Under the pieces are notes generated by a model, which searched no databases, was not told where the DNA came from, and worked only from the letters and a program-made list of their open reading frames with translations. From Fimbriosthenelais zetlandica (taxonomy: Eukaryota): a stretch of 64,000 bases of DNA. The stretch spans positions 30,938,001 through 31,002,000 of the forward strand of contig OZ365113.1 in NCBI GenBank assembly GCA_977030845.1. The letters are read 5' to 3'. Positions 1 to 11,573 of this stretch are shown here, in pieces. Within the stretch, counting starts at the first letter, position 1. Every line of letters begins with the position of its first letter. The position numbers and the translations under genes were made by a program.

Positions 1-2249
1 TCCTCCATTACCCCTCTTATTCCCTACCTCCCTACATCTCTCTCCTTAGAGCACAGTTCTGTCCGGCATCCCATTATCTTCCCTTTAATAAATCCCCTCT
101 GTCCTTCCTCCCTGTACCTTTCCCCCAATTTCTTAGCATTTCGCGCTTCAAAAATGGCTTAGAAGTTAAGGACGGTAAGAGAAAGCTGCCGGGGGAGCAG
201 CCCTCCTCTTTAAGGTCAGATTGGCCCTAATCGCGCAGCATTTCTACCAGCTACCACAGAGCCAGGCACAGCTTCTTATTTCTCACCAACATTGTAATTT
301 CACCTCAAAAGTGAAAGCCTCAACAGCCCGCCTGCAAAATGAAAGAGGCAGTAATGTTCCCTCACAATCGAAGGCCCCCAAAAGCAGAATTATGGGCATT
401 ATAACATTGTGCTTTCCACTCTCTGAACAAATTATGTAATTTCCCTCAAAGAATTGGTCTTAACAGGACAAGAGTGACTAATTACGCCGTTTGTTACTCT
501 CCAGGGAGCCTGGAATGAGGGACATTACCCGTCCATATGCGATAGGGAAAGGCAGCAGGATAGATGTAAAGGAAATACATATAGCACGGGGAGGCACGGT
601 CACGCAAACTCCGCATATATCACATCCTTGACTTTCTGGGCACATTTATGCACTGGAAACAGCCTTGTTCTTTTCCAGCCTCGGAGGTTTGAATTGAAAC
701 ACTAAAACGAAATCTCAGAGACTTGCTCCCATATTTTTGCTTTATCAGAACGCATGCATACCTTTCATACTGTACAATAGCTTTAAGGCCCATTTCCAAT
801 AAGTGAATCATATATTATTTTTATAAATACGTGAAATACGTAATGATTTCAGTAGGCTACCATTTTTCACTCTAACTCATTCCCTAACGTTAAAATCCCA
901 AGGAGCTGTCATTTTAATGCAGCAATTTGCCTATTGCCTTCTCTGAAAGGACCATTGTGATTGTGATTCAACAAATTGTTTCATAAGAAAGCTCCAATGA
1001 TGCATTGAGTGCCACAATTCCCACAAGCGAAACAAGACCCTAGAGCAAGAGCGGTTCCCTTGGAAACTGTCTCAAACAATCAATGAATGATCGGTTGAAT
1101 GTTCACCCAAGGAACAGATAAGATTCCAGCCATAATTCGAGCATGAAATCTTCATAAATCCCGTATTAAATGTGGGACAGGGTTAGGAGGACACACTGCA
1201 TGTCTCTCTCCCTAACAAGGAGTTTCTACTGAGAGTTACTAAAAAAAAGTTTCTAAGATAGAATTTCTGTTCCAAGAAATCAAAATGAGCTGTGTTTTCA
1301 GCAATGAATTCATTGGAATATTCTCCTGAGAATTACGGAAAATAAGTTTCTAAGATAGAATTTCTGTTCCAAGAAATCTGTATAGGCCTACTGTCATTGT
1401 CAATGAATGTAATTACATATTTTGGAAGGAAATGAATTAACTGAAAAAAAATGTATTCCCTATAGCAGTAAGCCCCAGGGAAAAAAACCTGTTTTGCACA
1501 GCCTATGCATGATATCGATAGGCTTAATGGCCTATAGTATATGAGTAATTATTTAATGTAACATTGCCCTGGGAGCATTTTAAGAGGTCGTCATCCTGAC
1601 TCCATATTCTCGGGTTACCTCCTACCCTCATTACTTACATGCCTGGTCCACTGTATGAATGGCAGCCCAATACATGTGGGTCAGGGCGCCATATTGGTCC
1701 GTATTATGGCTCCATTAAAGCAGCTCAAGCTTAATAATCTCACCCCGCCCCCAACATGGCCCTCCGCCCTCCCAAATTTATTGATCCAGCATTTACTGCT
1801 CGACATTCTTCCATTTTTCTTTTTCCACCACCATCAACACATGCAGTAGGGATAAACCTGTTGCCACAATCTCCATTCTGATCCATTGGTAGCTCATCAT
1901 AATCTTGATCACTTGCTAAACTACAAACTGATATAGAAAGTAGAATGCAAATAACTTATCAAGATACATGTAGGTGCAGAATATTGTACAACAAACACTT
2001 TGTATGTTGCTCATTGCATATTTTACATGTACATGTACATTGATTGTATTGATAGTGTAGTCTAGTTTGAAACATACATTACTGCATTATTTATACAAAA
2101 CTATAAACAATTCATGCAGAGTTGGGAAGCTGCCAAAATGTCTGGGAAAATATCGCTGTGCTGCTAGAGCATCATGCTTCCAAAATGTCCCACTTAACCA
2201 TTGCCTTTACATAGGAAGTTCACACCAAGCATAGGCCCATGCACACTAA

Positions 2250-2452
2250 AGCCAGGAATACACTAATCCGATTCTCTATCCGATAGCTGTCCAAAACTAT
2301 ATTTCTATTCACACCAAATGCTTGTAATTTGGAACATCCTTTATACCTAGGTATAGGGCTAACCACCGACAAAATTTCAATCTCTAGATGTCATTAGAAA
2401 TAGGGTATCGGATGGCGACAGTTTGGAGAATCGGATTAGTGTATTCCCGGCT
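2250..2452. mobile_element. MITE, about 200 bp
   Basis: 27-bp terminal inverted repeats AGCC(A/G)GGAATACACTAATCCGATTCTC with one mismatch; flanked by TAA/TAG; non-coding. Confidence 0.7.
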
Positions 2453-3333
2453 TAGGCATAGGACCATGGTCTGTTCACAGACTTGGGTCATTCACTGCCA
2501 GTGAACCCAGCATCTTAATGAACGACAGTCCCAGTCAGGACACAAACCCAGCTATCTTTAAATCCACAGGATTTGGGACGTGCACCTATTATTCTCACTT
2601 TTAAGAGTGCATACCATTATATCAAGGTTATATGAGACACTAACAGCTATGTCTTGCCAACCATCTTTCGCCTCTCCAATTTAGCCAGATCAATAGTTAG
2701 GGTTATTTATTCTGGCCGGATGGCATCGAACATGCCATGTTTCATGGAGGAAATCTCCGTGTAAATCACGTGAGCTCCTGGTCCATCAAAGTTTTATACA
2801 CACGGACTTGTGGGTCGTGGGAATGCTGGGCCTGTTTGAAATATAATATATATACCAAGTCAATCCACATATATAGGATCCCTTCTATCGCCTCCCATCC
2901 CTTTCGCTTTCCCACATTCCAACTATATAGTACATCGGTGTCTATATTCAATATGGTCACCTATCTTCATATCTATTTATTTATTCTTTGTGGGAAATAA
3001 TATTTTATTTGTGAAGAAGCGAAAATGACAATGTATTTGAGTTTCCAGTTTTAATTTATATATTATTTTATTTTCCCAAGCAATCTTGTATATCTTTTGC
3101 AACCAGAAGCAAACCAGGATATCGAGTGTGGACAAATCCAACCTTGCTCATACAAGAGAGCTTAGTAAATTCTAAATTTTAAACTGTTTCTTTTGCTTCT
3201 TGGTTTAGTTACTGTTCTGTTTCTAAGAAATAAATATCATAAATAATGCCTTTGTAATATAGGGAGAGAAACGCAGCAACATTATATCACAGCTAGCTTC
3301 ATATCACAGTGTTGTTTTGCAACCTGTCTTGTC

Positions 3334-6300
3334 CTACATCTCGACGTAGTTGTTGGTGTCAAAGAAATCAGTCAACGAACGTCGATGACGTAGTTCACTC
3401 TCGCGGATGATCTCGTATACCACAATGAAGACTTTAGGGAACTTGATGAGGAAGTAGTTTCCTGGGTCTCCCATCAACGTTCGCAGGTGGACAGCGCTGT
3501 CAGGAAAGACAAATAAGATTGTCAGTTTTTTTTTATCAGTGGGAAATGAAATCTCAGAGGGATATTACATTTTAAACAGAAAGACGTATTCGTAATCAGT
3601 CACGTAAATAGAAAGACATTTCTGTGTCCGCTCAAGCCATTTTAATGTCAAAATCAAGTGAGCCTTTTAGGAGTGGAGTCAAGAAGTAAGTTTGACGGAT
3701 GGACACTAACATTGTGTTAAAGTTGTCTTCCACGTCAGCCATGAGTCGGATGAGATCTGAGAGCTTTGCCAAGTAATGCTGCAATGACATCTGAGGGCCA
3801 AGGAAGAACTGATCAATCTCAGACCGCCAGTCTCCCAACTTGAGCCAGACCCCAGCACTGTCAATCACATCCCGGACAGTTGATTGTCTTAATTAAATGA
3901 AACAACATCAATTAATCAGAAGGTACAAGAGGCAGTCACAAAGGAGCTGTGGTGGGCTTTATCAGGATTACACTCTATTGGGATGAGGTGAGTTGGGATG
4001 GGGGGGGGGGGGGGGGGGGGGGGTCCTCATTAGCCCTTGGTTGAACGAGAACATGGATTACACTCAGATATTGGATTGGATTATCACAGAATATGATGCT
4101 TATAAGGCTCGTTGTATTAATATGCATCGAGTGTTTTTACTTACCTCGATCGGTCCCTGATTTCAGGTTCTTGGCTGACTTTGTAGAGGAAAACAAACCT
4201 CTTACTATCTGTCCAGAAGAAAGGGTGCCTAAAAGAGAGCAATAAATTGATAATCAGTGCTTAAAGATGGATATGTAGTAGAAGAGTTGATGAGAGTGTA
4301 GAAACCCATCCCACTTACTGAAGTATTTAAATAAGGTATAACCATTGTACATCCATATTGATTGGACTGAAAGATGGCTATTGGATGTACCGCAACTGAG
4401 AGGTAAATATAGATGTAAAGAACGATAAGGACAAGAGGGAACGAGTGAGCTTGTGAGGGCGAGAAAGAGTGCAGATAAAAGGGTGGGGAGAGGAAGCATG
4501 TCTGCACTAACTGAATAATACAGCAGATGTGCATTAAGATGGAGTTTGTGGCGGCGAGCTGCTCGCTACTTACGTGAGGCACTCTGGCGCAGATTTCCTT
4601 TTGTCCATCTCAGGATGGAGCATCCAGGCCATGAGATTGATGAGGGTTTCATCGTGAACCTCCCTGAATTTGGGAACGCCCTTAGCAATGGCCAGCTCTA
4701 CTGCGGAAGGATCTTGTCCATATGGATGAAGGCCTCCCGTCATCACGTAATAGGCCACCATGCCTGCCACCTTCAGACAGAAACACACACATACATCACA
4801 CATACTGACACATGATGGATCACTGTGATATCAGAGAGAATACAGGCACATCATGCTCCACAAACACAGCTCTCACCGAAATATGGTAACCTGCCCTTTA
4901 CATCGATCCCACGCCCGATCGGTTATTCATTTCCTCTCAAAGAAAGGGAAGGAAATTCACTTTTCATTTCCTCTCAAAGAAAGGGAAGGAAATTCACTTC
5001 CCATTTCTTGCCGCATGGGAAAAGAGAAGTTTTTAATTTCGTTAGTCTGTCTAACTTGAGAAGAATAGTTTTCTTTTTTACACTTTCGCTCTCTGGGAAA
5101 CTGATGGATGGCTATCTAAATCAATGGAGATTAACAAGTGGGTAGCTGAACTGATGGACCAGCCATCGAGTTGATTGATGAATTGCTTTGGGCTGAGGGA
5201 GTTCAGTGACATATGTATGTAGTCTAGATATAATACATTGAAGTCTTACTTGCACATCAGAGTTGGTTTTGTAAGGCAGTTTTCGTCCATTTTTATTTCC
5301 AATGAGTGATTCGCGAGGACGCCAACAGCGTGTACCTAAAAAAAGAATATTACAAACATATTTATTTTTTTAGATAACTTGTTATTGGGCACATCATTGT
5401 TTAATATTCTATTCGTAATTCTCATTTGTATATATTCAAAGTTTGATTTGGCTCTAATACCTAGAACTCCAGCACGATAGACAGTTGACTGGTCTTCCTC
5501 CATCCTGTGACTGATTCCAAAGTCTGCCAACTTCACATTTCCACGTACGTCTATGAGAACATTCCTGGGCTGAAAAGAAAATAAGCTACTTTACTTTCAA
5601 CCTACTTCTCATTGGCCATATTCATAGGAAACTGCGAATACCCCCCCCCCCCCCCCCCCCCCCACCCCCCTGTTTAGAAGAGCATTGGTGGGGAATATAT
5701 AGAATGATTTATGTGTACCTTGAGATCCATATGGAGTATTTTAGCCTTGTGGAGGACATCTAAGCCTCGCAGCATCTGCCAGACCAGCTTCCTTGACTTC
5801 TGGTGGAGAGTGTTGCTATGTCTCAGCTCATGGACATAGTCCTCCAGGGTACACTCACACAGCTCCAGGGCCAAATAACCAAAGTTCTCATCCTCCACGT
5901 AGTCCTATAATAGAAACATATGACTATCACAGTCATACAGCCAAACCATAGGGGATTGGCAGATGTGATATCTTGTCATACAAAGTGTTATATATATATC
6001 TCGTTCAAAATAGATATGTACTACTTACTCTGTACTTGACAATAGTCTCATGCTCTATTTCTGGAATCCTGAGATTTTCTAACTCATTCCGGATGCATCT
6101 GGAGTTGGATTTTAGAAGTCGTTTGACAGCCACTTCCATTCCATCATCTCTGAGACCAACACTGACAACAGTACCATTACTCCTGAAAATGTCAAGAAAA
6201 TTACTTTTAATTATCTGCAGTTAACAATAATTCAGTTACAACTGCAGCCTTGGTTTTCCCAACAAATCTATGTGGAATGCATTCATTAACTTACCCTCTT

Positions 6301-9300
6301 GCAAGATATAAGCTTTCGTCTTTAAAGCAGAAGTGAATTGATCCCACTTTCTCCCTTTTCTCTGGCGGCATAGATACGAGCTGTTCAAACATAACTTTCC
6401 AGCGCTTACTCCGTGGAATCCAGTTCAGTGTTGGAGTAGGCTCTCCTTTCTCATTGACCACCTGGTCTCCTGCAGCTCCCGGGGTCAACACTACTTTCTG
6501 CTGGTTGCTTATATTTTGGAATGCATTATTGTCATGGTCAGATAAATCATCGATGATATTATTTGGAAGGACAACTTGATTTGATGCCTTTGTTGGTGTA
6601 CTTTTTGGGTCATCCATTGGTCTATGACATTTGACCTCAGGAATCTGGTTCTCATTGAGTTCATCTTGCTTCTCAATTTCAGCTCGGTAAAAGAATGAGA
6701 TTTGGTTTTGTTCAGGTGTTCTATTCAGTGACATCACTTCTTGGGAATGCTGCATTTGTTCTAGCTCTGTGACCGTGATGGCAGAAGGTGGTATCAGTGG
6801 GAACTGACCTTCATACTGCTCATAATTGTTAACTTTTCTTGGTGAATGATCTAGTTTACTGGCATATGAAGTACTTTGTACTGGAGCTTCTGGGAATTTT
6901 ATATCCATCAATTCGGGCACTTCAACTTGATGTCCAATTTTGCTAGGTGATTTTCCAGGGGGTGTCGTCGAAGGGCCTGCCTTGCCCCATACAGTATCTG
7001 CATTTCTTTTCTTTCTTGATGCGAGGTGCTCATTCTGGTCCTTTGCAGCAACTTTTTCTGTACTTGTTTTCTTTGAACCCTCATTTTCTGAAGCACTTCG
7101 CTTATGCTGTGGCTGCACTCTCCTTTTACTGACTGGATCCTGTTTTGCTGACTCCCCTCGTCGATGTCCTGTTTTTTCTTCAGATCTAGATTCCCATCGA
7201 GTTGGACTATCAAATGCACCGCCCCAAACAAGATCAAAATTGCCAGAACTTCGTCGTAATTTCTGCTTCACAGGTTTTTTCTTTTGATCATCCTGATTTC
7301 CACCGTACATGTCCTCTGGTTTGCGTTCTTCAACAACTATTTTATTAGAAGGTTGACTGCCTTCAGCATCTTTCAAAATGTTTTTAGAATTGGGTTTTAT
7401 CTTCCTCTGCCCCTCACTTTTCTTTACTCGAGGCTTAACCTCAGCATCTTGGTTCTGGGTCTCTTTTTCCTGCTGCTTCAAGTATTTCGCTTTCTCTCTT
7501 GATTTCATCTTGCGCATTCTGGCCTTCAACAACACATCTTCTCTCCTCCTCTTACTTTCCTCCTCTCTCTGTAGAATATTCTCAGTCAACTTGGAAGCTG
7601 TCCTGGCTATGGCTTCTTGCTTCACTTCTTCAAAGTAAGCCATTGCACCCCTCAGTTTCTCCCCGACTGTCATGGTCGGTTCTGGACACAGCTTCTGGAT
7701 GGCGTCTTTACTGAAATGCGTGTAGTTGTCTCTCAACTTATAAGGAGCGTAATTGGCGACCATGAGCATGGTGAAGGCTTTACATACGGCTGTTGCGTTC
7801 CCCTCCAAGAAATCATCCTCATCAAGAAAGTGCTTGAGTATGTTAGCACATTCAAAGGCTACTTTATACAGCCACTTACGACCATTATCATCAGACATGA
7901 GTGGTACGACTAGAGCCTGAACCATCAACCGACTCTCACCATCCTTCACACTCTCTTCACAGTCCATCACAATATCATTCAGCCCTGTGATTAACCTGAA
8001 ACAGTAATATTAGTCACCTTCACTGCATGCTTCTCCGCCTCTAACCATGAAACAATGGAATTTCAATTTTCCAACATTAGTTTACTCACTTTTTGGCAGC
8101 GCCACATTTGATGAATGACTGAAGGGTGGTTTTCTCATTGTACAGCATGCTGCATCCAAGAGCCACAAACCAAGGCAAAAGTTGCAGGATTTGACTGTCA
8201 AGGGCGTCGTCATCGTCCTCAAGCACATAGTCCCACAGTGGATGGTTGCTGAAATAGGCAGAGGCCACACATGATAGAGAAAATATTTTATTGTGCAGCT
8301 GTTTTGATGCCTGGAAGTGGAATAGCCTTATCACAAAGCCTAATTATTCAGAATTCATTCTTTCAATTTTTATAATTTCCTTCTCAATTAAGTCTTCCTT
8401 TGGTACATGACTTGGCTTTTGTTCTATAGATTAGTACTGTACATGTATGGTATACACCTACCTCAGACTGTTTAGCATTCCTTTGTTCAGTACAATCCTC
8501 CTGGAAGATTCGAGCATGAGCAGAACAAAAGTGATGCCATATATCACACCAAACAGTTCTTTGTCTCCCTCCTGAATCTTGTTCTGTTTAGCACGTATGG
8601 CAAGTTGGTGAAGAATCTCATTACGACGCTGAAAATGAGAATTTACAGCAAATTTTTTATTGTGTACTATAAAGAATTTTTAGAAGTGGAGATGAAACTG
8701 GTTTCTTGAATATATAATGGGATGGACTCATTGGACAGGTGTTTGACTATAATTGACATAAATTTTAGAATAGACCATACCAGGCAGGACCAATATGGTA
8801 TGTGATTGATTTACTCCACCTTAGCTAAGCACAAAGGACATGCAAGTCTCCCATCAGAACTTCCAAAACATATATATCATAGAATGTGCATACTCAGAAT
8901 GTCTTTGTCAGAACTCAGGGGACTGACGATCTTTTTGCATGTGATAGACAACAAAGGGAACGCTTTATTTCAGATTCCTTACCAGGACAAATTTTTCTAG
9001 TTCCTTGGTGAATCCCAGCTGCAGGCAAAGGTAGCCAGCTATGGGTGGACAGTAGACCTGGGCCCAGCATGCAGCTGTCATCTGATGCTGTGGGAGAGGT
9101 ACAGAGAAACAAGAATGAAGTTTTAAGTCCATTTGCTAGGCCGGTTTGGTATTGATTCCAACATTGGGCGCACAAGCACTGACATACAACTGACCCTGGC
9201 CAGATTTTCTAACTTTTGAAATAGTATGTTTTAGAAATGATTCAATTCAGGCTGATGTTTTTTATATGACCGGGGATAAGATTCTTCTAAAGAGTTTCTG

Positions 9301-11278
9301 TTTGTCATTATTCAGCAATTCAACAGAACTTTCAGAAGTTTTTACTACATTGTACTTACATTGTCTTCAAGGAGTAAGTTTGCCCCACATTCAGTCACAA
9401 GGAAGCGAGCCATTTCAAAATGCTGTTTTGCTACAGCTATGGTCAAAGCTGTATTGCCAGCCTGTGAAAGAATTGCATTAATTCATATAAGTTTATGTTA
9501 AAATAACATGAACATTCTATTGGAAATTGGGAGAAAATATGTAGGCCTACGCTAATAGCATACCTTTGTTTTATGGTCGATGCTGTACTTGAGGTCTCTC
9601 AGCTGGTGGAGAATTCGTAGGACAGGCATATCATTTAGAAAGGCTGTGGCTGTGAGAAGGCTATGTCCATCCTGGCGAAAAAACATGGGTAAAAATTGAT
9701 TTAAATTTCAAGGGAACTCTCAAACGAGTCAAAGTGCTTCAGCTTGGACAAGTTGACAAAACATGGAGGGATTGGATCCATCTTATTATCTTTACTGTGC
9801 TATAAACTTAGTTTTTGTGCTAACCTTGTTTTGGAGGTTGGTTCTGGCGCCTGATTTGATGAGAAGCTCAATGCATTTGCATCGATTTTCTGTTTGTCCT
9901 GCAAGTGCTTCCATCAAGACAGTATTACCATTCTGATGGAGGAAACAAAAGATTTTTACAGCATTGGCCAATGGATAGAGCTAGCTAGAGTTGTCATTTG
10001 GCATTCTCCAAATTAATCTAATGTGACTAATTTCACTGTAAACTTCTAAACATCATTAGATTTTGAGGAGCGTATAGATTATTAATTACCAGGGTTTGAC
10101 GGTCAAGGTAGGCGCCATAAGATAAAATTTTCCTTAGAGCTCTCAAGTCTCCAGAGTGGGCTGCCCAAAGCATGGCACAAACTTTATCCTGAAATAGAAA
10201 TAAAAATGCAGAATGAGAATTAACTGAATCACTTCTGTTTCTCTCAGTGGCCATATGGCATAGCCTACACTCACTAAATAATATATTTTGTCCATATCTC
10301 ATTATTATTATTGTTATAGATATATACAGGGCTTGGCTTGGGATGTGAGTAGTATATTAGTCCATGATATGAATTATGATTATTAGTAATATTACTAGAT
10401 CTAGTCCTAAAATATTTATGCAGTTGCTTTATGCAGTGAGACTGGGACTGTGTCACTGTCTGTGAATGCGATAAGGTAAGGTGATATCTCTACGACTATG
10501 AGCTAGGGACAATGACAATGTCCACGGTTCTCATAATATTTGGCTGACACAGACATTATCCAATGCATAACGAACCTCTCGTTCTGTATAATCGGGTCGT
10601 AAAACTTGCACCGTTTTCCAGGCTGTCAGGGTGGCCGCTGGAGATGGATAGAGAATAACATCACGCCCTTTACGTTTCATTGCACTGCGATGGATATCAG
10701 CCAATGATAAAGTGCTGATATTGCATGATCCAACTTTGATCTGAAATTCAGACAGATTATTAAATTGGCATTTCATTAAATTTAGGACTTTACTGACTTA
10801 ACTTAAGTTAAGTTTAGTAGACTATTTTGAAATTAGATCTCTAGATCTAGATCTACAAAGTCAAAGTGTCTAGCCGTAGGGTACTATAAACTCTAGGTGT
10901 AACTCTGACACTCTGTGTTTGATCTTCATAATCATGGCATAAAATAGAATTGGGTAACTTTGGACGAGATCTAGTCTAGATCTAAGTTATGGAAAAATGT
11001 AAAAGTTATGGATTTAGACTCTAGGCAGAACTCTGAACTGTCTGAACAGTTTTGGCAACTTTTGCACTGACTGAAGTTAAAGTTATGATTGGCAAAGTGA
11101 TTCTTACCTGTTTTATGATCCTTTTACTGCGACTATTGTTCGGCGAGATAGGAAAAAGACATTGAGTCAAATTGTTTTTCCTATTTTCATCAAAAAAACT
11201 TTGAAAATCTTCACGAAACTCCGGCAGTGGCAAGTCAATGAGCCCTCCGGCTTCCTCGAAAAGTTCTCCGTCAGACAT
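3334..11278 (-). CDS. RNase L-like gene A: ankyrin repeats + helical/coiled-coil + kinase + degenerate KEN domain, about 1312 aa, 17 exons
   Basis: Exons (minus): 11108-11278, 10576-10740, 10090-10188, 9825-9932, 9564-9671, 8983-9087, 8462-8628, 8090-8248, 6295-7995, 6029-6182, 5719-5904, 5461-5569, 5250-5335, 4574-4770, 4145-4228, 3711-3887, 3334-3496. All are GT-AG and phase-compatible, 3939 nt in total. Ankyrin exons (e.g. NGNTVLMEALAG..CIELLIKSGARTNLQNK); WIPRSKRW linker; GSNGTVV, VAVK, HMDLKPRN, DFG, GTRCWRPRE; HPFFW; KEN end LMGDPGNYFLIKFPKVFIVVY. No signal peptide or TM segment seen. The first two exons are less certain. Confidence 0.88.
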
Positions 11279-11573
11279 GGTTGTTTCTGAAAGGGTTTTC
11301 ACTCCCTTTCAATGCGAAAAATTTGCGAAATTGTTTGGATGTGCGTCCACACTTTCCGAAAATGTGCTTCTCGTCTGTAGTTATGACGTCACGCTTAACG
11401 TATTAACGACATCGCCATGACGTCCTGCTTCACCATGGCGGACATGACGTCATCTACCATGTGGCAACGGGCATGTGACATTGTTGTCTCTCAATCATTA
11501 TGCTCAACCTGACACCTGGAATCTGGATGTAACACGTTAATGTTATAGATTTAATAGCAGGAATAGCAACATT
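11279..11573. promoter_or_regulatory. Putative bidirectional promoter/5' region shared by genes A and B
   Basis: 295 bp between the divergent ATGs. Perfect CRE palindromes TGACGTCA at 11384-11391 and 11445-11452, near-match TGACGTCC at 11418, and CCATGGCGG (YY1-like core). True TSSs are not visible. Confidence 0.55.

Noticed and set aside
1-2200. Purine/pyrimidine-skewed start and short ORFs as a possible retroelement or gene
   Set aside because: No recognisable motif or consistent exon chain; all frames are interrupted.
2766-3175. Minus-strand exon-like pieces downstream of gene A (VTILNIDTDVLYSW.., FVHTRYPGLLLV..)
   Set aside because: Could not be joined into a credible model; resemblance to a KEN tail is too weak; probably 3'UTR or intergenic.
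3998-5670. Long poly-G/poly-C runs (about 3998-4023 and 5641-5670; also about 35513-35535)
   Set aside because: Simple intronic homopolymers, length-unreliable; no evidence of function.
6908-7913. Overlapping and antisense ORFs within the large exons of gene A (likewise within 19255-23288, the His-rich genes and the GPCRs)
   Set aside because: Shadow ORFs of real coding or low-complexity sequence.
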